Part shown: piece by piece, positions 1-11,009 of the stretch
Numbering within the stretch: position 1 is the stretch's first letter
Layout: every line of letters begins with the position of its first letter
NCBI GenBank assembly: GCA_965263355.1
Contig: CBDHHL010000032.1
Span: 3,712,001 to 3,776,000 of the forward strand
Reading direction: 5' to 3'
DNA length: 64,000 bases
Source: Leptolyngbyaceae cyanobacterium
Lineage (GTDB): Bacteria; Cyanobacteriota; Cyanobacteriia; Phormidesmidales; Phormidesmidaceae
Notes under the pieces: generated by a model
What the model saw: the letters and a program-made list of their open reading frames with translations, nothing else
Told to the model about the DNA's origin: nothing
Databases searched by the model: none
Translations under genes and position numbers: made by a program

Positions 1-34
1 GGCGATCACCTAGAGCGTAGACCTATCCATACGC

Positions 35-138
35 TATCAAATTTTTCATTCACCCTGATTCAATTGGACAATCCTGTAAGGGGCAATCCCTTGTGGATGC
101 CCTTGCCGATATTGGCGCTATCAATCAGGATTTCGTAT
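35..138 (+). repeat. REP/MITE-like element, copy 1 (diverged left end)
   Basis: Core GGGGCAATCCCTTGTGGATGCCC...CGCTAT...GGATTTCGTAT matches the reverse complement of 2852-2958 and part of 44209-44268. Confidence 0.8.
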
Positions 139-161
139 CGGCCCGATAGACTCAATCAGCC

Positions 162-188
162 AAAAAAAAGGATAGCCATGGGCTATCC
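162..188 (-). terminator. Rho-independent terminator of the 252-602 gene
   Basis: GGATAGCC-ATG-GGCTATCC hairpin with an A8 run on its left (U-tract on the minus strand). Confidence 0.75.
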
Positions 189-251
189 CAACTAAATCGC
201 GATTTAACTCAAGAAAACGTTTGTATTTAACCCATACATCTAACAAAACGC

Positions 252-602
252 TTAAGGGCCGACCTTAGAGTGTACCCAAGCGGTGCCGCCTTCAGCGTTG
301 ATGCAGTTGGGCATAAATACTTCTAGCAGAAAGTTGCCATCATAGGGGGCTAATAACGTGGGGGCAATGGTTAGCTCAGTAGCTTGAGCAATCAAAGTGC
401 CCTGGGCATCGTACAAATATAAATCTAGGTCCAGACAGTTTTCGTTACAGGTCGCCGTGATGGTGTCACCCGCTTTAAACCGAGTTTGAATGAGTTCTGA
501 TTCACCATTGGCTAGCCAGACGGTCAACTCTTGGGCTTGACCTGGGGGCACGCTGAGGAAAGTGGTTAACACTGCAAAGGCAGCTAAATGTAAACCGCTC
601 AT
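252..602 (-). CDS. Small secreted hypothetical protein (PPC-like beta domain)
   Basis: Signal-peptide-like N-terminus ending AQA; CxxxCxDLDLYLYD motif. Confidence 0.65.
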   Translation of the reverse strand: MSGLHLAAFAVLTTFLSVPPGQAQELTVWLANGESELIQTRFKAGDTITATCNENCLDLDLYLYDAQGTLIAQATELTIAPTLLAPYDGNFLLEVFMPNCINAEGGTAWVHSKVGP

Positions 603-784
603 AGGCCTATCTGGATCCCTTAGATTTACGTAACTCTAAGGTTCCCTATGAACATGTCCGATCTCGTGGTGAAATATGCGGGATCTTTTTATAAATGGAA
701 AATTTACTGCCTGAACGGCCAGTGAGTCCACTGTGCAAGATAGGGATCTATTTACAATGGCTTGAGTAATTGCTTTCAGTACAA

Positions 785-1774
785 TTATCGAGTTTGAAAA
801 ATATTTTGTACCATTTGCTTGTCGGAGCTGGCGGCAGCTCGATCTAGTTCGTCTACCTCGCTAGGACTAAGTTGCCAGCCCAACGCACCAATATTTTGCT
901 TGGCCTGGCCCAGGTTTTTTGCCCCTGGAATTGGTGTGGTACCTTTGCAAATACACCAGTTCAGGGCAGTTTGGGCCATGGTTTTCTGTCGTTCTGTGGC
1001 CACTTCTTGTAGACAGTCCAGCAGGGGTTGAATGCCGGGTAATAACTGACGAAATAAAATTCCCCGCAGTCCTTTTGGGGGAGGCTGATCGCCACCATAC
1101 TTGCCAGTGAGCAAGCCGAGTGCCAGGGGGCTATAGGCAATCATTTGGATGTTGAGTTCGTCACAAACCTCTTTTAGGCCTAACTCTGTAACTGGATAGG
1201 TAGACAACAGCGAATACTGTACTTGCAGTGATGTGATTGGAATACCGCGTTCTGCAAAGCGTTTATGGACCCAACGCAAACGCTTTGGACCATAGTTCGA
1301 TAACCCAATGCTGTTGACTAAACCTTGTTCGTATAGCTCTGCCAGTCCGTCTAACAATGGTCCTTCTTGCCAAGGAAAATAGTTGGCAGTGGGCCAGTGC
1401 ATTTGGGCCATATCTAAACGCCCCATACGTGTCTTCGACGCTTGTCCGGCATTGACCATCATGCCTGGGGTTAAACGCCAGGGGTAAGCGGCCAGTTTGG
1501 TGGCCAGACAAATTTTTTCTTTATTGGCTCCTTGATAGGCACGGCTAAATTGCCCCAATAGTTTTTCGCTTTGTCCATTGAGCTTGCCAGTGCCATAGGA
1601 ATCACCAGTGTCAAAAAAAGTGACGCCGTTTTCTACGCAGTAATTAAAGACCTGCTGCAGGGCTGCATCCATGCTTGGGTCATAGCCCCACAGTAAACGA
1701 TTACCCCAGGCCCAGGTGCCACAGCCCATTGTCGGCAGAGTCAGGGTGGCAGTATTGTCAGCAGTGGCAATCAT
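785..1774 (-). CDS. Aldo/keto reductase
   Basis: GCGTWAWG, DTGDSYG, ATK, IGLSNY, AYSPLALG and PIPGAK AKR motifs. Confidence 0.92.
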   Translation of the reverse strand: MIATADNTATLTLPTMGCGTWAWGNRLLWGYDPSMDAALQQVFNYCVENGVTFFDTGDSYGTGKLNGQSEKLLGQFSRAYQGANKEKICLATKLAAYPWRLTPGMMVNAGQASKTRMGRLDMAQMHWPTANYFPWQEGPLLDGLAELYEQGLVNSIGLSNYGPKRLRWVHKRFAERGIPITSLQVQYSLLSTYPVTELGLKEVCDELNIQMIAYSPLALGLLTGKYGGDQPPPKGLRGILFRQLLPGIQPLLDCLQEVATERQKTMAQTALNWCICKGTTPIPGAKNLGQAKQNIGALGWQLSPSEVDELDRAAASSDKQMVQNIFQTR

Positions 1775-1916
1775 GGTGCAGGCGCTAGGGATGCAACATT
1801 AGTTAACCTAGCTGTTCAGAGTAAACTCTGGCAAGAGAGTATTGTTTGCTCCATATGTTGGTTTCCGAAACTGCTGCTAGAAAATCTGGGCTAGACTACG
1901 TCGTAATAATATTTGT

Positions 1917-2852
1917 TTGTGGAGTGCGGCTGTGCAATTTTCCTGGTTTTTGGGTGGTGGAACAGCATTATTGCTACTTGGTCTAGGGTTAGGGCGGCAT
2001 CATATTTTTTCAGCGGTTACCCCTGAGCAGACGGTTGGTGCGATCGCACAACCCCATCACGTGGCTATCCAGGGTAAATCCCAATCAAACCAGGAGTTTC
2101 TGCCCACCCTTAAACAAGCCGATGTAATTTACTTGGGCGAGACCCATACAGATGTCGCCGATCACGTTGCCCAGCTCGAAATTATTACTGAGATGCACCA
2201 GGCCAGGGGCGACATTGCCATTGGCTTAGAAATGTTTCAGCGCCCGTTTCAATCGGTGCTCGATCAATACATCGCTGGAGCAATTACGGAAGCAGACCTG
2301 ATTGAGCAAAGCGAATATGAGACCCGTTGGGGATTTGACTGGGAACTGTACGCACCGATTATCCGCTACGCTCAGACGAATCAGATTCCTTTAATTGCGT
2401 TGAATACCCCTAAGGAAGTGACTCGAAAAGTTGCCAAGCAAGGGTTGGCCAGTCTGACTGGTGAGGACTTAAAGTACATTCCACCCATTGATCAAATCGA
2501 CACCAGTGACGAAAACTATCAGGCCATGGTAGCCCAGGTTTTTAGCCACCATGGTGGCCATGGCCACAGCGGCCCTAGCTTTGAAAATTTCTTTGCCGCC
2601 CAGGTGCTCTGGGATGAAACCATGGCCGAGGCTGTGGCCAATTATGTGACTGCCTTTCCAGACACCCAGGTAATTGTTTTGGCCGGTGAAGGCCATATTG
2701 TGTTTGATTTTGGTATTCCCAGCCGGGTTCAACGGCGTTTGGGCGATGACCTGGTGGCCTATAGCGTTCTGCTCAACCCAACGGCTACAACCCCTGAACT
2801 CGCTGACTTTTTCTGGATTTCAGAAGCACCAGCAATTGAAACTGCAGACTAA
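1917..2852 (+). CDS. ChaN-family (haem-uptake-like) exported protein
   Basis: YLGETH, IGLEMF, AQVLWDETMA and LAGEGH motifs; hydrophobic N-terminus; exact start uncertain. Confidence 0.8.
   Translation: MWSAAVQFSWFLGGGTALLLLGLGLGRHHIFSAVTPEQTVGAIAQPHHVAIQGKSQSNQEFLPTLKQADVIYLGETHTDVADHVAQLEIITEMHQARGDIAIGLEMFQRPFQSVLDQYIAGAITEADLIEQSEYETRWGFDWELYAPIIRYAQTNQIPLIALNTPKEVTRKVAKQGLASLTGEDLKYIPPIDQIDTSDENYQAMVAQVFSHHGGHGHSGPSFENFFAAQVLWDETMAEAVANYVTAFPDTQVIVLAGEGHIVFDFGIPSRVQRRLGDDLVAYSVLLNPTATTPELADFFWISEAPAIETAD
2040..2047. repeat. HIP1 octamer GCGATCGC (example; recurs across the window, e.g. 3071, 8521, 36743, 37404, 42415, 62271)
   Basis: Read directly; HIP1 over-representation is a known cyanobacterial signature. 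Confidence 0.9.
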
Positions 2853-2958
2853 TACGAAATCCTGCTTCATAGCGTTCGGTATCGCAGGGCATCCACAAGG
2901 GATTGCCCCTACAGGATTATCCATTTTTAATCGGGTTTAATGAATTTGGATTTGGTAT
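2852..2958 (-). mobile_element. REP/MITE-like element, copy 2 (most intact, 107 bp)
   Basis: 11-bp imperfect terminal inverted repeats (ATACGAAATCC / GGATTTGGTAT) around a GTAG-GGGCAATCCCTTGTGGATGCCC hairpin. Confidence 0.75.
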
Positions 2959-2963
2959 GAGAC

Positions 2964-2989
2964 GTTCCTTTCGACTTTGCTCAAGGAAC
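2964..2989. repeat. Short palindromic REP-like hairpin
   Basis: GTTCCTT-TCGACTTTGCTC-AAGGAAC between convergent genes. Confidence 0.5.
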
Positions 2990-2992
2990 ACA

Positions 2993-4420
2993 TTATTCAA
3001 CCGGAATAAAATCGAACCCGAGACCAGAGCGTTCACCTACTTGAATCTCCACTAGTTGGGCTGCTCGGTTGCGATCGCCTGAGGGCAAAAAGTGAACATC
3101 GCCTGTGGCCCCATCTGCTAGGAAATTCGCCTCATGCAATACAGTGCGGATACCCTCACGGCTGGGGTCCCTTAAAAGAGCTGCTCCTAGGGATGCGATC
3201 GCGTCATAGGCCATGGCACTCCGCCAACTGACATCCCCTCCCCAAATTTGTCGGGCGTCTGTCACAAATTCAGAGTTTGGATCCGACAAAACATGCCATG
3301 GCACGGCAATCACTAGCCCGACTGCATCAGCCCCCCCCTTTTGCAAAATCTGCGGATGGTAAAGATCGTCTCCACCAATCAAAGGAATTTCTTGATTAAC
3401 AACTTTCATTACTGCCAAGGAGGGCTCTAGGGTATCTGTACTGGAGGCCAGCATAATTACATCTGCCCCCTGCTCTTTAGCCAACGCAATTTGCTGATCG
3501 GCATCAAACTGAGTATCAGCGAGATCATACTCTGTCATCACCTCACCGCCATCGCTAAAGACAGAGGTAGTGAACTCACTTTTTAATGACAGACTATAAG
3601 CACTATTGGAATCGTAATAAAGAATTGCTTTCTTAGCTGCCAGATCGTTAATCATGTAGCGAGCAAGGGCTGCAGCAGCAAAGCTATCACTGGGTACTGT
3701 GCGAAAAACGTAAGGACTAAAGCCAGATAGGGCTACCGAAGTACTAATGGCAGAGATCATCGGCAGCTTACCCTGCGCATAAACTGGTGCAGCCTCTAGG
3801 GTAACGCCACTACTGTAATGACCTAATACTCCCAGAACTTCTGACCGATTGACCAATTCAGCTGCCACAGATTTAGCAATGCTAGGATCATTATCATCAT
3901 TGGCAATGATCAACTTAATTGGTGTTCTATCATTGCCAGCCAATTGATTCAGCGCTTGTTGGGCCTGACCAGCTCCCCGCAAAATTTCCAGACCAATTTC
4001 ACTGGTGTTCCCCACGGGGGCAATTACAGCTAACGTATGGGCCGGTTGATCACCAATACGAGCATTGTTTAGATATATAAAGGCCTCAGGATCGTTACGG
4101 TTTTGCGTCAGTGCGGCTTCTAAGTGGGTGATTGCCTGGGCATAATCTCCCTCAGCATAGGCTGTAATACCTTTAACTTTTACGTCTGAAGGATTGGGTA
4201 ATAGACTTTGTTTGCCCTCACTTAAACGCGTTGATAACGCTGGTTTAGAGCCTAATTCTGTTGTTTGCTCTAAATTCGATTTAGCTGAGCTTGAAGTATC
4301 AGTAACGTCAGGTGCTTTCGGTGTAATTATTCCTGACATACTTAAGAAAAAAGCCCCCAGGAGGCTAAAAGCTGCCAGGAATAATATGATTTCGAACTTA
4401 TGATTTTTAATTGTATGCAT
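2993..4420 (-). CDS. Branched-chain amino acid-type ABC substrate-binding protein with N-terminal TM and TPR-like segment
   Basis: TM helix, DPEAFIYLNNA, VLGHYSS, FRTVPSD, AYDA and GATG LivJ-like motifs. Confidence 0.85.
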   Translation of the reverse strand: MHTIKNHKFEIILFLAAFSLLGAFFLSMSGIITPKAPDVTDTSSSAKSNLEQTTELGSKPALSTRLSEGKQSLLPNPSDVKVKGITAYAEGDYAQAITHLEAALTQNRNDPEAFIYLNNARIGDQPAHTLAVIAPVGNTSEIGLEILRGAGQAQQALNQLAGNDRTPIKLIIANDDNDPSIAKSVAAELVNRSEVLGVLGHYSSGVTLEAAPVYAQGKLPMISAISTSVALSGFSPYVFRTVPSDSFAAAALARYMINDLAAKKAILYYDSNSAYSLSLKSEFTTSVFSDGGEVMTEYDLADTQFDADQQIALAKEQGADVIMLASSTDTLEPSLAVMKVVNQEIPLIGGDDLYHPQILQKGGADAVGLVIAVPWHVLSDPNSEFVTDARQIWGGDVSWRSAMAYDAIASLGAALLRDPSREGIRTVLHEANFLADGATGDVHFLPSGDRNRAAQLVEIQVGERSGLGFDFIPVE

Positions 4421-4636
4421 AGTTTAGATAAGAGCGACTTTGGTCAACAATTAGCAAGCAACCCATTCCCTCAGTACAACTATCCTGGATTTGCTTTAGC
4501 GATTTACTGAGCTACTGAAAATTCCGTTGGTTATATGGTATTGACGGTGACGGTTAACATTACCGATCGGTAGGTAGCATTCACATCATGTAACGAATGA
4601 AGCTATTGTTCCCGATGCAGTTGTAAATCCGTATAC

Positions 4637-4676
4637 AACAAACGCCCCGAAACTGAAAAGTTGCGGGGCGTTTGTT
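4637..4676 (-). terminator. Terminator of the rplJL operon
   Basis: AACAAACGCCCCG / CGGGGCGTTTGTT 13-bp inverted repeat just past the rplL stop. Confidence 0.85.
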
Positions 4677-4705
4677 AATGGGTTATGTACAAAGGCAAAA
4701 GTCTA

Positions 4706-5110
4706 TTACTTAACAGATACCTTAGCGCCAGCTTCCTCAAGCTGCTTCTTAGCAGCTTCCGCGTCATCCTTGGAGACACCCTCTTTAATAGCCTTGGGAG
4801 CACCTTCAACCATAGCCTTAGCTTCTTTGAGGCCTAGACCAGTGAGGGCACGAACAGCCTTAAGCACAGCAATCTTATTGCCACCAAAGTCTTCGAGAAC
4901 AACATCAAACTCAGTCTTCTCTTCTTCGGGCTCAGCAGCAGCAGCGCCACCACCGCCAGGCATCATGCCGGGCATCATCATCATGCCACCGCCACCAGAG
5001 GCAGACGCATCAACACCGAACGCTTCTTCGATTTGCTTAACAAGCTCAGACGCCTCTAGCAAAGAGAGGGTCTTCAGCTTTTCCAAAATTTCATCAGTTG
5101 CAGCAGACAT
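4706..5110 (-). CDS. rplL: 50S ribosomal protein L7/L12
   Basis: [26 protein letters not shown]. Confidence 0.98.
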   Translation of the reverse strand: MSAATDEILEKLKTLSLLEASELVKQIEEAFGVDASASGGGGMMMMPGMMPGGGGAAAAEPEEEKTEFDVVLEDFGGNKIAVLKAVRALTGLGLKEAKAMVEGAPKAIKEGVSKDDAEAAKKQLEEAGAKVSVK

Positions 5111-5193
5111 TGGGTTTCTCCGTTGTAGAAAAAAGTAAAATCAGTCAACCAAACAAGTTGTATATGTGATGGTTTGGATGCAATTGAGATCGA

Positions 5194-5763
5194 TTAGTCG
5201 TCGCCCTCGCCATCTTTTTTGGCAACAGCATCCACCGCACGAACCAAAGAATTGGGTACTTCCTTGATACCAACAGCCAGTTTCTTGGGTACAGCATTGA
5301 TGCCAACAGCCAACTTGGTTGGAATTGCATTGATGGCACCAGCAATACGGGCAATAAGCTCTTCCTTGGTAGGCAGCTCAGTAATTGCTTTGAGGTCTGC
5401 CTCATTGAGAGCGCGTCCCTCCATGACACCGCCACGAAGTTCTGTTTTCTTAGTGTCCTTCTTAAAGGCTTCATAGGCCTTAATAGCGCCACCAAGGTCC
5501 TCCTCAACCAAGACAAATGCCGATGTTCCTTTGAGAAACTCGGACATTGGCTGCCAGGTTTCATTGCCATCAATGGCAATACCCATCAACGTGTTTTTTG
5601 TGATTTTGCAGGTGGCACCCTTAGGCCGCAAGCGATCGCGTAGATCCTTGAGTTCAGCTACCGTTAAACCCTGATAGTCAATCACAAATGCAAGTTGAGA
5701 TTTTTCTAGCAGTCCCTTAAGGTCAGCCACAATCTCCTTTTTATTTTCTAGGGTTCTCCCCAT
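5194..5763 (-). CDS. rplJ: 50S ribosomal protein L10
   Basis: DYQGLTVAEL, KNTL, LPTKEELIARIAG; operon position. Confidence 0.98.
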   Translation of the reverse strand: MGRTLENKKEIVADLKGLLEKSQLAFVIDYQGLTVAELKDLRDRLRPKGATCKITKNTLMGIAIDGNETWQPMSEFLKGTSAFVLVEEDLGGAIKAYEAFKKDTKKTELRGGVMEGRALNEADLKAITELPTKEELIARIAGAINAIPTKLAVGINAVPKKLAVGIKEVPNSLVRAVDAVAKKDGEGDD

Positions 5764-5799
5764 TCAGTTTTTCACCTCCTTTAAAAATTTCAATGGGCC

Positions 5800-5900
5800 T
5801 CTGCTAATTGCCGAGACCCAAAGATGAGCGCTACTAACACCCTCTCTCTGCACCTCGGCAGGCTATTAAGCAAAATGCACCTGCTGTCTTCGAATGCCTA
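5800..5900 (-). promoter_or_regulatory. L10 leader autoregulatory RNA (boundaries approximate)
   Basis: Minus strand reads GAAGACAGCAGG...CTTAATAGCCTGCCGAGG, the conserved L10-leader core, upstream of rplJ. Confidence 0.8.
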
Positions 5901-5977
5901 TTTAGTTATGAGATGTGTTTTTTGAGTAGCAATACCTCCAAAGTTTGTATGCCTGTCAAACGTGACAGAAATTGAAT

Positions 5978-6697
5978 CTATGCAGCGGCGTCTTCAAATT
6001 TCAGATCACGCAACGCATTAATATTTAACTTAATCGCAGGCCCCATAGTAGCAGCTACTGACATTGTTCGCCAATAGCGGCCCTTGGCACCAGATGGCCG
6101 ATTACGATCAATCGTCTCTTGCAGTGCCTTTAGGTTGACCAATAGATCGTCAGCGGCAAAGTCTGCCTTACCAAACATGACGTGGACAATACCTGCTTTA
6201 TCAGCACGAAATTCTAGTTTACCTGCCTTAAAGTCTGTAATTGCCTGGGCCAGGTCAAAAGTCACTGAGCCCCCCTTGGGAGATGGCATTAAACCACGGG
6301 GACCAAGAATCCGTCCAAGCTTAGCTACCTTAGGCATCATGTCAGGTGTGGCTATTAGAATGTCAAAATCCATCATGCCTTTCTGGATTTCGTCGATCAG
6401 CTCCTCAGAACCTGCCATGTCAGCACCGTTGTCAGTTGCTTCAGCAACTTTTTCACCACGGGCGATAACGGCAACACGTACTGTTTGACCAGTGCCTTTA
6501 GGCAGAGCCACAGTAGTTCTCAACTGCTGATCTGTATATTTGGGGTCAATGCCCAAACGGATATGAGCCTCGATTGTCTCAGTGAACTTAGCAGTGGCTG
6601 TTTCCTTAACCAACTGCATGGCTTCCAAGGGTTCGTAAAGCTTATCTTGTACTTTTGCCTGCAGCTCTTTTAAGCGGCGGGACATTTTCTTTACCAT
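5978..6697 (-). CDS. rplA: 50S ribosomal protein L1
   Basis: [30 protein letters not shown] at 6697 preceded by AGGAG. Confidence 0.98.
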   Translation of the reverse strand: MVKKMSRRLKELQAKVQDKLYEPLEAMQLVKETATAKFTETIEAHIRLGIDPKYTDQQLRTTVALPKGTGQTVRVAVIARGEKVAEATDNGADMAGSEELIDEIQKGMMDFDILIATPDMMPKVAKLGRILGPRGLMPSPKGGSVTFDLAQAITDFKAGKLEFRADKAGIVHVMFGKADFAADDLLVNLKALQETIDRNRPSGAKGRYWRTMSVAATMGPAIKLNINALRDLKFEDAAA

Positions 6698-6780
6698 GGT
6701 TACTCCTTGGGGTGATAACGAAGCCTGGCTTCTTCCCCAGATTTTGATCAAGTAATTGAAAATTGCACTGTTTACTGAAC

Positions 6781-7206
6781 TTAATCAGACACAGTTACTC
6801 CCATATTGCGGGCAGTGCCTTCGATGATGTTCATGGCTGCTTCAACGTCGTTGGCGTTGAGGTCAGGCATTTTCATCTCGGCAATCTCTTGCAATTGGGC
6901 ACGGGTAATAGAACCAACTTTTGTCTTGTTAGGTTCACCGGAACCCTTCTCAATTTTGGCCGCTTTTTTGATTAGCACGGAGGCTGGCGGCGTTTTGAGA
7001 ACAAAGGTGAAACTTCTATCTTCAAAAACAGAAATTTCAACCGGAACAATCAGTCCAGCTTTGTCAGAGGTCTTGGCGTTATATTCTTTGCAAAACGCCA
7101 TAATGTTGACCCCGTGCTGACCCAAGGCGGGACCAATTGGCGGTGCAGGGTTCGCTTTTCCAGCTGGGATTGCCAGCTTAATCAGGGCAACTACCTTCTT
7201 CGCCAT
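6781..7206 (-). CDS. rplK: 50S ribosomal protein L11
   Basis: [22 protein letters not shown]. Confidence 0.99.
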   Translation of the reverse strand: MAKKVVALIKLAIPAGKANPAPPIGPALGQHGVNIMAFCKEYNAKTSDKAGLIVPVEISVFEDRSFTFVLKTPPASVLIKKAAKIEKGSGEPNKTKVGSITRAQLQEIAEMKMPDLNANDVEAAMNIIEGTARNMGVTVSD

Positions 7207-7209
7207 TGA

Positions 7210-7851
7210 TTAACTCTCTTTTTGCACTTGGTTAAATTCCAGCTCAACGGGGGTATCGCGACCGAAAATCGATAGCAATGCCTTAAGCTTGCTCCGTTCA
7301 GGACTAACTTCAATGACTTCGCCACTAAAGTCCTTAAATGGACCAGACAATACCAAGATTTTGTCACCCTCGGCCATGTCAACTTTGACTACAGGTGCCT
7401 GTTCTTGGGTCTGCTTAAAGATACGCTCAACTTCGGATCTACTTAAAGGCATGGGTTTAACATGCCCTCGCCCACGTCCAGTGGCTCGGCGCTGCTCAGC
7501 ACCGACAAAATTTATGACATGGGGGGTGTTTTTAACCACCTGCCATACGTCATCCTCCAAAATCATACGGATGAGAACGTACCCAGGAAAAACTTTCTCC
7601 TCAATATTCTGACGACTGCCATCCTTGCGCAATTTAACCGCAGGAGTCTGCGGTATTTCAATCTGAAAAATGTACTGATTAACACCCAAGGTAATGGCCC
7701 GCTGCTCAAGATTGAGCTTAACGCGCTTTTCGCACCCGGAAGCTACTTGTACCGCATACCAGCGTGATTGTGACTTTCTGGGTTCATCAGCAACACTAGA
7801 ATCGTCACTGTCAGCTGTATAGTCGTTTGGATCGTCAGAAGCATAAGTCAT
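7210..7851 (-). CDS. nusG: Transcription factor NusG
   Basis: WYAVQVASGCE, FPGYVL, KOW motif GPFKDF, IFGRDTPVEL. Confidence 0.98.
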   Translation of the reverse strand: MTYASDDPNDYTADSDDSSVADEPRKSQSRWYAVQVASGCEKRVKLNLEQRAITLGVNQYIFQIEIPQTPAVKLRKDGSRQNIEEKVFPGYVLIRMILEDDVWQVVKNTPHVINFVGAEQRRATGRGRGHVKPMPLSRSEVERIFKQTQEQAPVVKVDMAEGDKILVLSGPFKDFSGEVIEVSPERSKLKALLSIFGRDTPVELEFNQVQKES

Positions 7852-8087
7852 TAGAACACCTGTCTAGAAGCCCAACCAAAGAGTTTATCCACTAAGTAAA
7901 TAAGTGTTGCAGAAACGCCCACCATTAGAATTACAGCTGCAGATTCACTAATCAGCTGCTGTCTGGAGGGCCAAACGACTTTACTTAACTCTTCACGAGT
8001 GCCTTTAACAAAAGACCCTGCGACAAACGAGTCAGAGGAGTCACCTGACTGCTTTTCAACTACTTTCTTAGCGTCCTTTTTGACCAC
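7851..8087 (-). CDS. secE: Preprotein translocase SecE
   Basis: ELSKVVWPSR plus TM helix; directly upstream of nusG. Confidence 0.96.
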   Translation of the reverse strand: MVKKDAKKVVEKQSGDSSDSFVAGSFVKGTREELSKVVWPSRQQLISESAAVILMVGVSATLIYLVDKLFGWASRQVF

Positions 8088-8321
8088 GTCATTAGCTTCC
8101 TTGTTTGCTACATCGAATCCGGCTGGTTTCTAATCAACCGAGAGCTACTCAAGCAAAAATTCTACCTAAAGCTTCTTGCTTGAAAGAAAAAGAACTTATC
8201 TCTTTCTTCTAGGCAAAGAACCTAAACCATATCCCAACCAGAGCTTTCTCAATTGGAGAATGCAGTTTTGGATATGGAAATAGTGTGGCTGCTTCAGGCA
8301 GAACTTATGCTAATCGCTCAG

Positions 8322-8394
8322 CGCGCCCTGAAGGACTCGAACCCTCGACATTCGGTTTTGGAGACCGACGTTCTACCAACTGAACTAAGGACGC
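8322..8394 (-). tRNA. trnW: tRNA-Trp(CCA)
   Basis: GCGTCCTTAGTTCAGTTGGTAGAACGTCGGTCTCCAAAACCGA...GGTTCGAGTCCTTCAGGGCGCG cloverleaf. Confidence 0.97.
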
Positions 8395-8454
8395 ACGACT
8401 CTTTGAACTTGTCTCATTGTAAGGCTTAACCTGCGGGCTTTAGATGCCCTAGGG

Positions 8455-8835
8455 TTATTTTTTGCCTGATTTCTCAATGGGACGATCAAAGCGCTGCTTC
8501 AAGCGAGTTGCCTTACCAACGCGATCGCGAAGGTAGTACAACTTAGCACGACGCGCTTTACCTCTACGCAAGACCTTAATATTGGCCACGCGAGGGGCGT
8601 GCAGTAAGAAAACACGCTCTACACCTACGCCTTGAAAGACGCGACGCACGGTAATCGTCTCGTTGATACCACCATTGCGCATGGCAATGACAGTACCCTC
8701 GTAGGGCTGCACACGTTCCTTACCACCTTCTACAATTCGGACACCGACCCGAACTGTGTCCCCAACATAGATTGTGGGGAGGTCTGTTTTAATATGTTCC
8801 GCTTCTATTGAGCGGATAATCTCCTCAGCGTTCAT
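8455..8835 (-). CDS. rplS: 50S ribosomal protein L19
   Basis: [25 protein letters not shown]. Confidence 0.98.
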   Translation of the reverse strand: MNAEEIIRSIEAEHIKTDLPTIYVGDTVRVGVRIVEGGKERVQPYEGTVIAMRNGGINETITVRRVFQGVGVERVFLLHAPRVANIKVLRRGKARRAKLYYLRDRVGKATRLKQRFDRPIEKSGKK

Positions 8836-9094
8836 AAGCCCTGAAAAGCGCACGGTCTTTAATAGTATGTCAACATGGTTCCAAACACCAAGGGTTTTTG
8901 GAAATTTACCATCCTACTATATGGGCAATGAATAATGGACATGCTGTCTATCGTGATTACGCAATTGCCACCGGGGAACGAGGAATGAGGTAAGAATCCT
9001 GCATACTATATATAGTGGTTGGAGATTTGCGATTCCGTTGAGTTCCTCCCTGTTAACCAATCACTACTTATTACTCACCCTTCCCTTGAGCCTT

Positions 9095-9928
9095 ATGAAT
9101 GTCTTAGGTAATCTTCTGTCGCGTGCTCTGGCTGTGCCAGTCATGGTAGGGCCGCGTAAATCTCAGGGGATTGAGTTGAAGGGGGCACAAGATCAGGAGA
9201 CGATGCGGCAAGCTGGTCGGATTGTGGCTATAGTCCTGAAGGAAATTGCTGAGCTAGTGCAGCCCGGTATGACGACGGCGGATTTGGATGCCCATGCAGA
9301 GAAACGCATCTGCGAGATGGGTGCAACGCCAAGTTTTAAGGGATATCATGGTTTTCCTGGTTCCATCTGTGCCAGCATCAACGATGAAGTGGTGCATGGT
9401 ATTCCCCGGAAGCGTAAGGTGATTAAAGCAGGGGATTTACTTAAGGTTGATACAGGTGCTTATTTCGAGGGCTTTCACGGGGACTCGTGTATCACCATTG
9501 CGGTTGGCAAGATAAGTGCTAAAGCCCAGTCCTTGATGCAGGCGGCTGAGGATGCCTTATATGCTGGTGTGGCTCAGGCATTACCTGGAAAAACCCTATT
9601 AGATATTGCTGGGGCAATTGAAGATAGCATTCAATTGAGTGGATATACAGTGGTTGAAGAGTTTACAGGCCATGGTGTGGGCAGAAACCTGCATGAGCCG
9701 CCGTCAGTATTTAACTTTCGCACTAAAGAATTACCCAATGTGACGCTAAAGCCGGGGATGGCCTTAGCGATTGAGCCGATTGTCAATGAGGGGTCTAAGG
9801 TGACGCGGACCCTAAGGGATCGGTGGACTGTGGTGACGTGCGATCGCAAACTTTCCGCTCAGTTTGAACACACTGTCCTAATCACCAAAGATGGCCAAGA
9901 AATTCTGACTGACCGGTCTAAAGTTTAG
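9095..9928 (+). CDS. map: Methionine aminopeptidase type I
   Basis: [26 protein letters not shown] and SAQFEHT metal-ligand motifs; ATG at 9095 preferred. Confidence 0.95.
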   Translation: MNVLGNLLSRALAVPVMVGPRKSQGIELKGAQDQETMRQAGRIVAIVLKEIAELVQPGMTTADLDAHAEKRICEMGATPSFKGYHGFPGSICASINDEVVHGIPRKRKVIKAGDLLKVDTGAYFEGFHGDSCITIAVGKISAKAQSLMQAAEDALYAGVAQALPGKTLLDIAGAIEDSIQLSGYTVVEEFTGHGVGRNLHEPPSVFNFRTKELPNVTLKPGMALAIEPIVNEGSKVTRTLRDRWTVVTCDRKLSAQFEHTVLITKDGQEILTDRSKV

Positions 9929-11009
9929 TTAGTTTTGCTAGATCCACGCAAGTATCCTGGTTGTAGTCCACGTCAACATTGACTGTATAGGCTGTAGACG
10001 CGTTTTCCTCTGGAAAGTCAGTGTAGTCTTGGATCTTTTCTAGGGCAATGTCGTTGAGAAACGCATACCCAGAGCTGCGTAATAGAGTTGGTTCGGTTGC
10101 GATCGCTCCATCTGCATCAACCATGACACCGACTAATCCTTTTTCTGGTACAGGTGTCAGGCAACTGAGAAAGCGTCTACCATCATCGTTATCTATAAAC
10201 GGATAGCTAATTTCTATCGCCTCATCTAATTCTTTAGTTTCAGATATCTCTAGCCCTGTCTGCTCACTTAAAGTTGTCAGCCAAGTTTTCTGAATTTCTT
10301 CCATTTCAGGCTCTGTTGTGTGCCGCACGCTGTGCTGTAATCGAGCCAAAATCTCTTGCAGAAGGTTAGGCACTTCCCGTGATTGCGCCCCCTGTTTTAA
10401 AGCCACCAAGGTAGGCGGTGTTTGCCCAGTATCTGAGTCGCGACTAGTGGGGCTAGTATTGGTTGAACTGTTGTTAGCTGCCTGATTACTGTTGTTAGCT
10501 GCCTGATTATTGTTAGACGGTAGTACAGCTATTTCATTATTGCTATTCCGGTTAGCCGTTTGATTTGATCGATTATTGCGGTTTCTATTACTACCATCTG
10601 CATTGCCAGTGGCCCGGCGACGGTTGGTTGAACTGCTGCGATTAGATGTATTACTATTGCTGGAAGACGAAGATGCTTGCCTACTTTGAGTTCGGCGTGT
10701 TTGAGCTGTCCCCTGCTGAGCGGTTGTTGCAGTTTGTCCTGCAGTAGTTGCAGGACGCTGCTGTACAGCGGCGACAACACCAGCGGTCGTTGGTCTAGCT
10801 GTGGGGGTAGGCGCTCCTTTTGCTGCTGGTTTGGCTGGTTGTGTTGCTTTAGGTGGAATCCGAGTTACCGTAATGCTTTCCCCTTCTGGGTCCGGAGCGG
10901 GCACCACTGCATCAGACGAACCTCCTGCTACTGGAATAAGTAATAGCCCGGCATGCAGACCCGCTGCCAGCAAAAAAATAGGATTAAAAAGAATTTTCAA
11001 AACATTCAT
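9918..11009 (-). CDS. Membrane-anchored protein with low-complexity linker and TonB-C-like C-terminus
   Basis: N-terminal TM containing LH; Asn/Ser/Thr/Arg-rich linker; VDADG...[16 protein letters not shown] resembles the TonB C-terminal SSG-x-LD motif. Confidence 0.6.
   Translation of the reverse strand: MNVLKILFNPIFLLAAGLHAGLLLIPVAGGSSDAVVPAPDPEGESITVTRIPPKATQPAKPAAKGAPTPTARPTTAGVVAAVQQRPATTAGQTATTAQQGTAQTRRTQSRQASSSSSNSNTSNRSSSTNRRRATGNADGSNRNRNNRSNQTANRNSNNEIAVLPSNNNQAANNSNQAANNSSTNTSPTSRDSDTGQTPPTLVALKQGAQSREVPNLLQEILARLQHSVRHTTEPEMEEIQKTWLTTLSEQTGLEISETKELDEAIEISYPFIDNDDGRRFLSCLTPVPEKGLVGVMVDADGAIATEPTLLRSSGYAFLNDIALEKIQDYTDFPEENASTAYTVNVDVDYNQDTCVDLAKLTKL
10467..10508. repeat. Perfect 2 x 21-bp tandem repeat (NQAANNS)2 inside the CDS
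   Basis: ACTGTTGTTAGCTGCCTGATT twice. Confidence 0.9.
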
